NCBI GenBank assembly: GCA_964566495.1
Contig: CAZMIT010000020.1
Span: forward strand, 1-21,538
Origin: an uncultured bacterium
Lineage (GTDB): Bacteria; T1Sed10-126
Direction: 5' to 3'
DNA length: 21,538 bases
The notes under the pieces are model-generated. The model searched no databases, was not told the DNA's origin, and was given only the letters and a program-made list of their open reading frames with translations. Positions 7,923 to 17,086 of the stretch are shown here, piece by piece. Made by a program: the position numbers and the translations under genes. Position 1 is the first letter of the stretch; the number at the start of each line of letters is the position of its first letter.

Positions 7923-8720
7923 GTGCAAAAATTGCGTTTATTAAATACCAGAGCTGTTCTGATTTTATTTTGTTTCAGTATAGCTTTTCTCCTCACCGCC
8001 ACGACAGCTTTTAGCGAGGAGTTAATTCTTGTTTATGAGCCCTACACGCTCGGGGCGGATATGGCCGGTCTTGTACGAACAGCAAACAGTTATTTTGACC
8101 AGACCCAGGGGTCGATTGAGTTTCAACCGGTTACCGAGTTGGATCAATTTTTAGAGATGCTACCGGAAGCAGACTATACCATAATGCCTTCGTTGGTTCA
8201 CCGTCAGGTAAAAAGTGATCACTATGTTGAGTCTCTCCTTGTTTCTAAACGGAACGGCCAGGCGGATTATAATAAACTTGTTCTGTCTGGGGCGAGTGGT
8301 CCAGAAACGGTGGATGAGCTACCTGGTAGTGACGTGGGTATGCTGCGTTTTGGGCGAGTGACGGAAGCAGTTTTAAACGAATCTTTTTTTGCTGCGGGAA
8401 ATGATGCGCAGCAGCTTAACATAATTGATGTCAGCAAGCCTGTAGATGCAGTGATGGCCGCCTCCTTTGGTCAGGTTGAGGCGGCTATTGTCAATTCCAT
8501 AAGCTATGACCTAATTTCGGGTGAACAGCCACAGTTGGTGGATAGCCTGGAGATTATTGCTGAATCCGAGCCTTTCCCCCGACCGGGACTATATGCTATA
8601 AATGGCAGTGATGAGGAGAGAGTAAAAGATATTTTTATGGAGATGGGAGAGAGTTCTGCCGGGCGGGAGTTACTCTCGCGTTTCCAAATTGACGGCTGGG
8701 TGATAAAAAATGATTTCTAA
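7923..8720 (+). CDS. PhnD/phosphonate-binding-like periplasmic binding protein (orphan)
   Basis: Signal peptide ending TAFS; type II PBP-like motifs DAVMAASFGQVEAAIV and LEIIAESEPFPRP..Y, ending GRELLSRFQIDGW. Confidence 0.7.
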   Translation: MQKLRLLNTRAVLILFCFSIAFLLTATTAFSEELILVYEPYTLGADMAGLVRTANSYFDQTQGSIEFQPVTELDQFLEMLPEADYTIMPSLVHRQVKSDHYVESLLVSKRNGQADYNKLVLSGASGPETVDELPGSDVGMLRFGRVTEAVLNESFFAAGNDAQQLNIIDVSKPVDAVMAASFGQVEAAIVNSISYDLISGEQPQLVDSLEIIAESEPFPRPGLYAINGSDEERVKDIFMEMGESSAGRELLSRFQIDGWVIKNDF

Positions 8721-9690
8721 TTTTCTCGGCAAGTTAATTAAAACAACGTTTTGCGCCTTATTATTGATGTTGTTTTTGCCCTGGCAGAGTTATGCTAATA
8801 ACCAGCAAACGGTTCTTGTGCTTAAAAGCGAGGATCTTCGAGCTTATCGTGAGCCGGCGCGAGCTTTTACGGATTCGCTTGAAGGGCGTTCAGATCTATC
8901 GGTGAAGGTGCGCAACATAGAGCTGAATCTGGAGCGCGCGCGGGAAATCCTCAGGGGTTACAAGGAGAGTCCGCCGGATGTAATTTTTGCTCTTGGGGCT
9001 CAGGCAGCGGTGGTTGCCATGGAGACGGCCCCGGAGGTGCTGGAGGCTGAAGTGCCTTTTGTCTTTTCTTCGGTTTTAGAGTGGGAAGAATATGGTTTTA
9101 ATACGGACAATTCCATAGGCATTAAGGCCCAGGTTCCAATTCAGACGCTGTTTGCACAATCTCGGATGGCAATTCCTGAATTGGAGCGACTCGGTTTAAT
9201 ATATTCGCCTGAAAGTGAAGCAAGAGTAAACGAAGCAGAGGAAGTCGGCGAGGAGATGGGGATCGAGGTTTTAACCAGGCGGGTGGAAGAACCGGCTGAA
9301 GTAGAAGAGGCAGTTGAATACCTTATCAATCTTGAGACTGACGCCTGGTGGTTACCTGCTGATCCAATAGTTGTAACGGTCGACAATTTTCATCATGTGA
9401 GAGAAAAGGCCTGGGGGCTAAACAAGCCGTTAATAGTCTATTCGGAGAGTTTTGTTCGTGCCGGAGGACTTGTCTCCGTTTCAATAAATTATCGAACAGT
9501 TGGTTCCCAGGCGGCAGCTATAGTAAGTGATATTTTAGGCGGGGCTGACGTTAGTGAGATGGAAATGGCTGAGCCGGTGGGAACAGAGTTTTTAGGAAAC
9601 TCGCGGGTTGCCTCTACTATTGGTCTGGATTTGACAGATTCTGCTCGATTTATGGATCGGTTGCTTGATGAAGTTGAAGGCGTGGATTGA
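8710..9690 (+). CDS. ABC_sub_bind-type periplasmic substrate-binding protein (orphan)
   Basis: Signal peptide ending QSYA; PDVIFALGAQAA, PFVFSSV, RLGLIYSP, DAWWLPADPIV, FVRAGGLVSVSINYRTVGSQAA and NSRVASTIGL. Confidence 0.85.
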   Translation: MISNFLGKLIKTTFCALLLMLFLPWQSYANNQQTVLVLKSEDLRAYREPARAFTDSLEGRSDLSVKVRNIELNLERAREILRGYKESPPDVIFALGAQAAVVAMETAPEVLEAEVPFVFSSVLEWEEYGFNTDNSIGIKAQVPIQTLFAQSRMAIPELERLGLIYSPESEARVNEAEEVGEEMGIEVLTRRVEEPAEVEEAVEYLINLETDAWWLPADPIVVTVDNFHHVREKAWGLNKPLIVYSESFVRAGGLVSVSINYRTVGSQAAAIVSDILGGADVSEMEMAEPVGTEFLGNSRVASTIGLDLTDSARFMDRLLDEVEGVD

Positions 9691-9705
9691 GGCAATAACC
9701 CCCTC

Positions 9706-11496
9706 ATGAAGAGATTTTTTATAGCTCTGTTTGAGAATCTTTTCTTCAAAATCAGTCTACTTGTTCTTTCCCTGATACTTCTCGTTGTAGCCGTTATGAC
9801 CTACACTGCTCTTACCCGTGAAAACCTGGCAATAGTTACTCTTACCGAACGAACGCTGGATTTACAGCGAGAAACCCATGAAGAAAGCGTTACGGCTCGC
9901 GGACAGTCTCTTACCCGGATGATGGCTGAAGTGGCCGTAGACGAGATACCTGCCCTTGGTTTCGACAGCCTTAATGAACTGGCTCGTATCGCTGTTGCTG
10001 ACCACGAGGTAACCTACGCTATTTTTCTAGATGAAAATAACATGGTTTTTGGAACTCACGGTGATTATCCCTATCTCGGAAAATCATTGAGTCAAGGACA
10101 AGTAGTGGATGATGAAATTAGTGTAGAAGTTTACTCCCGGGCAGTGGAACTTGGAGCGGATGAATTTGAAGAGAACTTTTTTGATGTTGAAGATGAAGAA
10201 TTCCTGGAAGTTGCTTCGCCGGTCCTGGATGGAGAGGAATACCTGGGCCTGGTCAGGGTTGGATTTACTCTTGAGCCCATGCGAGAAACTATTAGTGATG
10301 TGGAGGAGACAAACCAAATTTTTGCCCAGCAAAAACTCCAGGAATCAGCTCGTGCCAATCTGCTGATTGCAGGTGTTTCGCTACTTCTTGGACTGTTAGC
10401 AGCCCTCTTTCTAGCACGGCGACTTTCCAGGCCGATGGTTGAAATTATGGATAGCATGAAAAACGCTGAGTCCGGCGACCTGACTACCCGGGTCCAGGTT
10501 AATTCCCGGGATGAAGTGGGCCAGCTAAGTAAAAGTTTTAATAACATGATGGAGAATTTGGGAGATATTTTTGGGGAAATTCTCTCCAGTTCGCAACGTC
10601 TCCGCGATTCTGCGTCTTCGCTGGCGACAGTTGTAGCTCAGAATTACGCCAGTGTGGAAACCGTTTCCGACAACATGGAATCTATTGATGAAGGGGCCGA
10701 GCAAAATGCGGAGCTGGTTGAAAATTCCTCCCGGCTTGTAGAATCCCTGAACGATGGAGCTGAGGAGATCACCGTAAAAAATCGTGAGGTGATGGAAAAA
10801 AGCGAAGCTATGCGGACTGATGCAGGAGCCGGTCAGCGAGCTGTAAATGAAGTTGTTGCGAACATGGAGACGATTGACGCTAAAGTTTCTCGCACACGGG
10901 AGGCTCTTAAGCGCTTGCAATCGGCGGCGGCGGATATCGACCAGATTTCTGATTCGATTGAATTTATCACTAGAAAAACCAATTTGTTGGCCTACAACGT
11001 CTCCATAAGTGCTGCCGAAGCGGGCGGGGAACAAGCCGAAGAGATTTCAAGTATAGTTCGCCAGGTTCAGAATCTTGCCCGTGAAAGTGCCGGCGCGACC
11101 GAACGTATAAAAAAGAATGTGACTGCAATAAGGGAGGCTGGCGATGAGGTCGCCAGTCGAATGCAGGCTACCGATGAACAAGCTGATGAGGGAGTTAATC
11201 TGGCTAGAGAAGCGGGCGATCGGTTGAGAGAAATAGTGGCCTCAGTCGAACGAGTTTATAAACATTTTTCTCGGGTGACTGAACTAGCTGAAAACCAGGC
11301 TGAAATGACCGGTCGGATCAATCGGGCCATGTCGCGAGTTTCCCATATTTCGTCACGAACCAGCGAGCGTACTCGTAACGTATCTAAAGCCCTGGAGGAA
11401 CAGACCCAGGGGCTGGAGGACGTCTCCCAGGCGGCGGAAAGTCTCCGCCGACAGGCTGATAACCTTCAGCAGCTAATGGAGGATTTTAAAGTTTGA
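9706..11496 (+). CDS. Methyl-accepting chemotaxis protein (2 TM, periplasmic sensor, HAMP, divergent signalling tip)
   Basis: Two TM helices; HAMP SRPMVEI...GDLTTRVQVNSRDEVGQLSKSFNNMMENL; tip ITRKTNLLAYNVSISAAEAG; heptad coiled coil. Confidence 0.92.
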   Translation: MKRFFIALFENLFFKISLLVLSLILLVVAVMTYTALTRENLAIVTLTERTLDLQRETHEESVTARGQSLTRMMAEVAVDEIPALGFDSLNELARIAVADHEVTYAIFLDENNMVFGTHGDYPYLGKSLSQGQVVDDEISVEVYSRAVELGADEFEENFFDVEDEEFLEVASPVLDGEEYLGLVRVGFTLEPMRETISDVEETNQIFAQQKLQESARANLLIAGVSLLLGLLAALFLARRLSRPMVEIMDSMKNAESGDLTTRVQVNSRDEVGQLSKSFNNMMENLGDIFGEILSSSQRLRDSASSLATVVAQNYASVETVSDNMESIDEGAEQNAELVENSSRLVESLNDGAEEITVKNREVMEKSEAMRTDAGAGQRAVNEVVANMETIDAKVSRTREALKRLQSAAADIDQISDSIEFITRKTNLLAYNVSISAAEAGGEQAEEISSIVRQVQNLARESAGATERIKKNVTAIREAGDEVASRMQATDEQADEGVNLAREAGDRLREIVASVERVYKHFSRVTELAENQAEMTGRINRAMSRVSHISSRTSERTRNVSKALEEQTQGLEDVSQAAESLRRQADNLQQLMEDFKV

Positions 11497-12671
11497 AGCT
11501 CTCAGAAGACCACTACTTTCGAGCGGAGTTTTTCCTCCTTGGAGCAGTATTTCTGCTGGTTACTGCTGTCTTTGTTCCAGCGGCGTATCTGTTGTCAATA
11601 GAGCCTCGGCTTGCCATTGTAGTTCTCCTGCTTTTGTTTGCCCTGCTCCTTGTTTTTGCTCTTTTTTTCTCTTATCTTCACAGATTAAGAACATCCACTT
11701 ACCACGAACAGCTGCAGGAACTGCTGAACTGGATTGAAGCGGATCGCCGGGGGAATCCGCCGGAGCTTACTGGTGAATTCAGTCTGCTGGCGGAAAAAAT
11801 AGACAATAAGTTGAAGAGTTTAAATAGCAAATCAGAGCGACTTGAAAATTATACTGAGCGATTGGAAAGCATTAAGAAAAATGTACGAAGACGTCGCCAC
11901 GAATTTTTAGAAGATCTGAGCGCTGCTCGCTCGCGGCTGGAAAATGTAGAAGAGGCAGTACTCGCCTACCTGCGTCGATATGATGAACTGGAAAGTGATC
12001 TAAAATCTATACAGCAGAACAGCAAAAAAATGCATACTGACCTGTCGGAGTTGTTCGCACTGGTTTCCGAGGTTCTGTCGCGTCGTCAGCATTTGCTTGC
12101 TCAGGTTCAAGAGCTTATTACTGCACTGGAGGGGTTGGAAAAAATTTGTTCCAGAGCGGCGTCCCGGGAAGAACAGACAGTCATCGATGAAATCAACGAT
12201 TTGCTGGGTAAAAGTAGAGATTTGCAAGAACTGGTCAAAAACTTACAGCTGGAGACAAAAAGAGGGAAGACACCTGACGGCGTAAATGAGCTAGTCGGTC
12301 AGTTATACAATGAACTGAGCGAGTTGCCGGCGGTTGTGGAAAAATTGAAGGAGATGATTGCCGAACACGAGGAAGAACTCTCCGAACGTCGCCGTCAGGT
12401 GGAAGAAAAACTCGAAGATTTAGAAATTAAAATTGCTACAAACAGGGCTGATTCCGTTGAGGAGATAAACGATAAGCTCGGAGAACTGAGCGAAAAGCTG
12501 GAAGAGGCGTCAGCGGGGCAACGTAAAGATTTTGAACAAATTGAAGAGACCCTGCAGAGCGCCTCCGAGATGAGCACTGATTTCACCGGGGAATTTTGTC
12601 GACTGGATGCAGCTCTGGACACTGTTGTGGAAGAGTTAAAAGAAAAAATACAGGAAGACGTCAGTGACTAA
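11493..12671 (+). CDS. Membrane-anchored coiled-coil protein, probable highly degenerate MCP
   Basis: Two adjacent N-terminal TM helices, a HAMP-like remnant (GEFSLLAEKID), a long coiled coil with central SRDLQELVKNLQLETKRG resembling the MCP tip; TTG start overlaps the previous stop. Confidence 0.6.
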   Translation: MKLSEDHYFRAEFFLLGAVFLLVTAVFVPAAYLLSIEPRLAIVVLLLLFALLLVFALFFSYLHRLRTSTYHEQLQELLNWIEADRRGNPPELTGEFSLLAEKIDNKLKSLNSKSERLENYTERLESIKKNVRRRRHEFLEDLSAARSRLENVEEAVLAYLRRYDELESDLKSIQQNSKKMHTDLSELFALVSEVLSRRQHLLAQVQELITALEGLEKICSRAASREEQTVIDEINDLLGKSRDLQELVKNLQLETKRGKTPDGVNELVGQLYNELSELPAVVEKLKEMIAEHEEELSERRRQVEEKLEDLEIKIATNRADSVEEINDKLGELSEKLEEASAGQRKDFEQIEETLQSASEMSTDFTGEFCRLDAALDTVVEELKEKIQEDVSD

Positions 12672-13083
12672 AATATATCTTCACTGTCGTTACGGTGAGA
12701 GCTCTTTCTTTTTACCCGGTGAGGCTGTTCGTGGTCTCACCACCGCTCCAAAAATTACCCCGATGCCATCTCTTAAAAATAGCGCTCTGCTGGGGATTAC
12801 ACCACTCGAGGGAGAGGCTCCACCGGTGTTTTCAGCTGTCCTTTTCTTTGATTGTCAGTCCCGGGATGTTTTGGAGCCGGAGGTAGTTATTTTTCTGGAC
12901 CTGAAAGGTGGAGCGGTTGGGCTGGCAGTTTCGGAAGTAGTGGGAAACGTAATGGAAACGGAACTAAGGGAAGCAGCCGACGAAAATCATTTGATTGTTG
13001 AGGCCAGTCAGGCAAAGGAAAAATTTGAAGACTATATTCAAAGGCTTCGTTCCCCGGGCGAGCGGGAGCGTTCAAAACCATGA
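12664..13083 (+). CDS. cheW: CheW-like coupling protein (divergent)
   Basis: FFLPGEAVRGL...ITPMPS...LLGITPLEGEAPPVF...VGLAVSEVVG fits the CheW pattern; lies immediately before cheA. Confidence 0.8.
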   Translation: MTKIYLHCRYGESSFFLPGEAVRGLTTAPKITPMPSLKNSALLGITPLEGEAPPVFSAVLFFDCQSRDVLEPEVVIFLDLKGGAVGLAVSEVVGNVMETELREAADENHLIVEASQAKEKFEDYIQRLRSPGERERSKP

Positions 13084-15041
13084 GTCGTAAGGAAAAATTG
13101 CTGGAAATGTTTCAGCAGGAGGCCAGAGAACAGCTTGAGGTTCTTCGGTCCGGGTTAGACGAGTTGGCGGCTGGAGCTTGTGAGGCTGCATCGCTGGGTG
13201 AAATGTATCGCGCCGCGCACACTTTGAAAGGGAACTCTGGGTCAGCCGGTCTTGACGGAGTTGAGGGGATAACGCATGCCCTGGAGGATCTATTCGGCTC
13301 GTTTAAAGAAGGAAAGCTGCAACCGACTCCCGAACGGGCTGACAAAGCTCATCGAGCGCTTGATGGAGTAGAGCAGTTAATTGATAGCGCTGTGACTGGT
13401 GAGCCGGTAAATTTTGACGTTGAAGCGTTAACCTCTGAAATTGAGAGTATGGTTGCTAAAAAGACAGATAAAGCGCAAGTTTCTGATTTAAAACTGGAAC
13501 TTGAGGAGTCAAAAGTAACGGAGCTTGCTGAGGCTGAAATGGCCTATCTTCTGACTGTTAAATTGATTGAACAGGTGCAGATGCCCGGTGTTCGAGCGGC
13601 CCTGCTAATGGAGAAGATTTCAAATACCAAATTTGAAATTTACTGCACTTTTCCAGCGCGCGAGAAGATTGAAGACGGTAAAGCGGGGAATATTTTCAAG
13701 CTCATTTTGACTGGCGCAGGAGGGAATATCGGGACGGTTACTTCTTTGCTTGGTTCTGATGACGAGGTCGCAGGAAGTGAAGTGGAGAAGCTTCCGGAAG
13801 ACCTCCAGGAACTGCAGGATAGGTTCGCTTCCAAAAATAATCGTCGGTCTACTTCACCGGCACAAAAAAGTATAAAACCGGTTTCAACTGTGCGTGTCGA
13901 TGCCGATGTTCTGGATTCACTTTTGAATTCACTATCGGAGCTGACCGTCCAACGACTTCGGCTTGAATCACGGGCGCCGGCCACTCCAGAGTTGGAGCGT
14001 GAATTTTTGCGGTTGCGACGTCAACTGGAAGGCTTGCAGGGGGAGATAACCAAAACCCGGTTGATGTCTGTGAACCACGTTTTTCGACGCTTTCCTCGCC
14101 TGGTTCGGGATCTTGAACGAGAACTGGGCAAAAAAATTGATCTGAAGCTTAAAGGGGAAGAGACAGAGTTAGACAAAAAGCTAGTTGATTTACTGGGCGA
14201 TCCTCTTATTCATATTATTCGTAACGCAGTTGATCATGGCATAGAAACGCCGGGAGAGAGGCGCTCCTCCGGCAAACCGGAACAGGGGCAGATAGAACTT
14301 GCCGCCCGGCATAATGAAGGTCGAGTTGAAATAGAAGTTAGCGACGATGGTCGTGGACTCGATCCTGATGAGATAGTCGCCAAGGCGGTGGAGAGGGGTA
14401 TTGTTACAGCAGAAACTGCTGAAGAGATGAGTGACGACGAAAAAATTCAGCTCGTCACAGAACCTGGTTTTTCCACAGCCGAAGAAGTTACGGATCTGAG
14501 TGGTCGTGGCGTCGGCATGGATGTTGTTACGACAACGGTAGAAAAATTTCGCGGTTCACTGGAAATTAATTCTACCCCGGGGGAGGGGACAACCGTCTGT
14601 ATAAGTTTTCCTCTCACCCTTGCTGTTGTTGAGGCTCTGCTGGTTGAGTCAGACAACGAACAATTTGCGCTTCCCCTCGACCAGGTTAGGACCACCCGGC
14701 TGATTAGTCGCGATCAAATATGCAGGGGCTCCCCCGAGCAGTCCTGTAAAATTGATGGCGAGCAGTTTCCCTGTGAACATATACACGGCCTCTTTAACCA
14801 GCAAAAGCAGGTCGATTTGAGAGGGGCTGAGCATTACCCTTTGATACTGCTTGATAACCTTGAAAAGTATTTTGGTCTAATATGTGATGAAATAGTGGCT
14901 CGTGAATCGGTTGTTGTAAAACCCTTGAATCCTCTACTCCGAGGGTTTGACGGCTATTCCGGGACGACTTTTCTGGGAGACGGTCGGGCTACATTTATTC
15001 TTGATCCCACTGGAAAATTGGAGGCGTTGGGTATAGTATGA
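13080..15041 (+). CDS. cheA: Chemotaxis histidine kinase CheA (Hpt-P2-dimerisation-HATPase-CheW)
   Basis: YRAAHTLKG phospho-His, HIIRNAVDHGIE N box, DDGRGLD G1, PGFSTAEEVTDLSGRGVGMDVV F/G2, C-terminal GTTFLGDGRATFILD. Confidence 0.97.
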   Translation: MSRKEKLLEMFQQEAREQLEVLRSGLDELAAGACEAASLGEMYRAAHTLKGNSGSAGLDGVEGITHALEDLFGSFKEGKLQPTPERADKAHRALDGVEQLIDSAVTGEPVNFDVEALTSEIESMVAKKTDKAQVSDLKLELEESKVTELAEAEMAYLLTVKLIEQVQMPGVRAALLMEKISNTKFEIYCTFPAREKIEDGKAGNIFKLILTGAGGNIGTVTSLLGSDDEVAGSEVEKLPEDLQELQDRFASKNNRRSTSPAQKSIKPVSTVRVDADVLDSLLNSLSELTVQRLRLESRAPATPELEREFLRLRRQLEGLQGEITKTRLMSVNHVFRRFPRLVRDLERELGKKIDLKLKGEETELDKKLVDLLGDPLIHIIRNAVDHGIETPGERRSSGKPEQGQIELAARHNEGRVEIEVSDDGRGLDPDEIVAKAVERGIVTAETAEEMSDDEKIQLVTEPGFSTAEEVTDLSGRGVGMDVVTTTVEKFRGSLEINSTPGEGTTVCISFPLTLAVVEALLVESDNEQFALPLDQVRTTRLISRDQICRGSPEQSCKIDGEQFPCEHIHGLFNQQKQVDLRGAEHYPLILLDNLEKYFGLICDEIVARESVVVKPLNPLLRGFDGYSGTTFLGDGRATFILDPTGKLEALGIV

Positions 15042-16120
15042 ATCCCAAAGAAGAACCGGTAATTTATTTAATAGCCATCTGTTTTATCGGTTATGGTATT
15101 TTTGTAGGTCTCTATTTTAGTTTTGCTGAGCCCGGTCCACCGGGTTTGCTGCTTGTTTCGGTTATACTTTCGGGCTTAGTGGGTGGAGCGGTTGGTATCA
15201 GTAGTTTTTACTGGTTTGAAATTCGGGCCCAGGAGCTTCTGGAAGAACTGTCAGCTGACGTTGATGAGGAAAAATATAGCGGCGAGATAGGAAGTCTTAT
15301 TCGAGCATTATCCGATCGTTTGCACAGTTTATCCGAACAGAAAAAACTCGCCAGTGATCGTAAGAAAAAAAATGAAGAGTTGCAAAAACAGCTAACGGAG
15401 TGCCGGGAGCTTCGTCTGGAGGATAGACAGCGATTTCAGGAAATCAAGGAGAAATTCAGGGAAGCAAATAAAAAGATGGCTACAACACTGGCAGCTATAG
15501 AGGGTGGTGATTATGGCAAACAGATAATTACTTGTCTCGATGCCTTAGAGGCAGGAGAGGAAGAAATTAGTCGGAGGGAAGACGACGTAATTGAACAACT
15601 GCTCCAGCGTTTAGAGACCCGGTTAAATGATTTAGTCTCCCCTCTGGATAGGGTGCAGAAAGTTAATGAACAACTCGAACAGCTTGCTGACGAGATGGAG
15701 GAGCGTTCACAGGAATTTGAAAAACTTGCTATTAACACCGGTATTGAGGGAGCGAAGCTGGGGGAAGAGGGGGGTGTTGTTTCAGCTCTGGCTGAGGATA
15801 TACAACTTGGGGCTAAAAAAACCAGGCGGCTGGCGGATAATCTTGAAGAGGAGAGAAAAAAGTTGCACCAGCTGACCGACTTTAAGTATAATGACTGTTT
15901 CGATTTAATTGAAGAAATGGGAGCTGAAATTTCATCTGCAGCCGAAGCGAGTAAGCCCCCGGGGGCGCGATTAAGACAGTTAAAGGATCTCTTCGAGAAT
16001 CTTTTGGAGCAGGTGAGTATAAATCAGGAGAGGATTTATGAAGTGCAAAAATCTTTGGACAATATTGATCACAAATTAGCAGCTGTTATCTCTTTACCAG
16101 CAGGTGAGAACTATGAGTAG
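15038..16120 (+). CDS. Short membrane-anchored degenerate MCP-like protein
   Basis: Two adjacent TM helices, no periplasmic domain, coiled coil with tip-like RSQEFEKLAINTGIEGAKLGEEGGVVSALAEDIQLGA. Confidence 0.75.
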   Translation: MNPKEEPVIYLIAICFIGYGIFVGLYFSFAEPGPPGLLLVSVILSGLVGGAVGISSFYWFEIRAQELLEELSADVDEEKYSGEIGSLIRALSDRLHSLSEQKKLASDRKKKNEELQKQLTECRELRLEDRQRFQEIKEKFREANKKMATTLAAIEGGDYGKQIITCLDALEAGEEEISRREDDVIEQLLQRLETRLNDLVSPLDRVQKVNEQLEQLADEMEERSQEFEKLAINTGIEGAKLGEEGGVVSALAEDIQLGAKKTRRLADNLEEERKKLHQLTDFKYNDCFDLIEEMGAEISSAAEASKPPGARLRQLKDLFENLLEQVSINQERIYEVQKSLDNIDHKLAAVISLPAGENYE

Positions 16121-16613
16121 CGGAATTGAGATTTTTCAGGACATGGAACCGGACGTTATTTACGCCTGTGAGAAGATACTTTCTCGACTGGCCGGCGATA
16201 AGTTAGAGGAGATAAACAGGGAATGGGTTGACGTTAAGGAGATGGAAGTACCTCATCGGCACATCGCTTTTGTTGGTTTACGGGGGGATTTTCAGGGGTC
16301 CTGTTTCATGCTTGTTATGAAGGAGGAGGCCGAGGAACTTATCATTGACGTGATGGGAGCCACGGGGATGCCGGTAAGTAAAGAAGAGAAGATACAGGTT
16401 TCCCTGGAAGAGCTTACAAACATGATCGCCGGGTTTGTCTTTTCAGAGTTGAACGATTGGTACGACTACGAGGTAGAATTTACTACACCTGTCTACCGTA
16501 AAGACTATGAAGTTGTGGACAGTGGTCAGGTAGGAAATGCTCTTAAAGTTAACTGTAATTTTACCCAGGGTGGTCTTGATCTTTACTTTCTAATCGTTCC
16601 TGAGCGCAACTGA
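16113..16613 (+). CDS. cheX: CheX/CheC-family CheY-P phosphatase
   Basis: AFVGLRGDFQGSCF, a single ExxN motif (LEELTNMIAG) and FTTP; ATG 16113 with AGGTGAG SD. Confidence 0.8.
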   Translation: MSSGIEIFQDMEPDVIYACEKILSRLAGDKLEEINREWVDVKEMEVPHRHIAFVGLRGDFQGSCFMLVMKEEAEELIIDVMGATGMPVSKEEKIQVSLEELTNMIAGFVFSELNDWYDYEVEFTTPVYRKDYEVVDSGQVGNALKVNCNFTQGGLDLYFLIVPERN

Positions 16614-16710
16614 TTAGTTTGTAGTTTATTATTGCCTCTAAGTCGGGTTTTGATGACAACTAACAACTATTGATTTCAACTATATCTATAACTTCTCGGA
16701 GTTGATTGAG

Positions 16711-17082
16711 ATGGCGAGCAACGGAAAAAAGATACTGATTGTTGATGATTCACCGCTCATGCGTTTTCAACTGACGGAAATTTTAGAGGAGGCGGGTTAT
16801 GACGTAGTTGGAGAGGCCGAGGATGGAAGAGAAGGTATTGAAAAATACTCAGAGTTAGAACCGGATCTGGTGACCATGGACATCCTGATGCCGGGTGTTG
16901 ACGGACTGGGCGCGTTGAAGGCAATAAAAAAGAGAGATTCGGACGCGCGGGTAGTTATGGTTACTACGGTGCGGAACCGCGATAAGGTCCTGGAGGCGGT
17001 CAAAAAGGGAGCCTCGGACTACGTTGTCAAGCCATTTGAAGAGGAAAAAGTGTTAAAAAAAATAGATGAAGCCTTAAGCTAA
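16711..17082 (+). CDS. cheY: Single-domain response regulator CheY
   Basis: ILIVDDS, LVTMDILMP (phospho-Asp), VVMVTT, YVVKPF; resembles Bacillus/Thermotoga-type CheY. Confidence 0.93.
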   Translation: MASNGKKILIVDDSPLMRFQLTEILEEAGYDVVGEAEDGREGIEKYSELEPDLVTMDILMPGVDGLGALKAIKKRDSDARVVMVTTVRNRDKVLEAVKKGASDYVVKPFEEEKVLKKIDEALS

Positions 17083-17086
17083 AAGG

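Noticed and set aside
7923..9690. ABC phosphonate or amino-acid transporter operon
   Set aside because: No permease or ATPase genes are adjacent; the binding proteins lead directly into an MCP instead.
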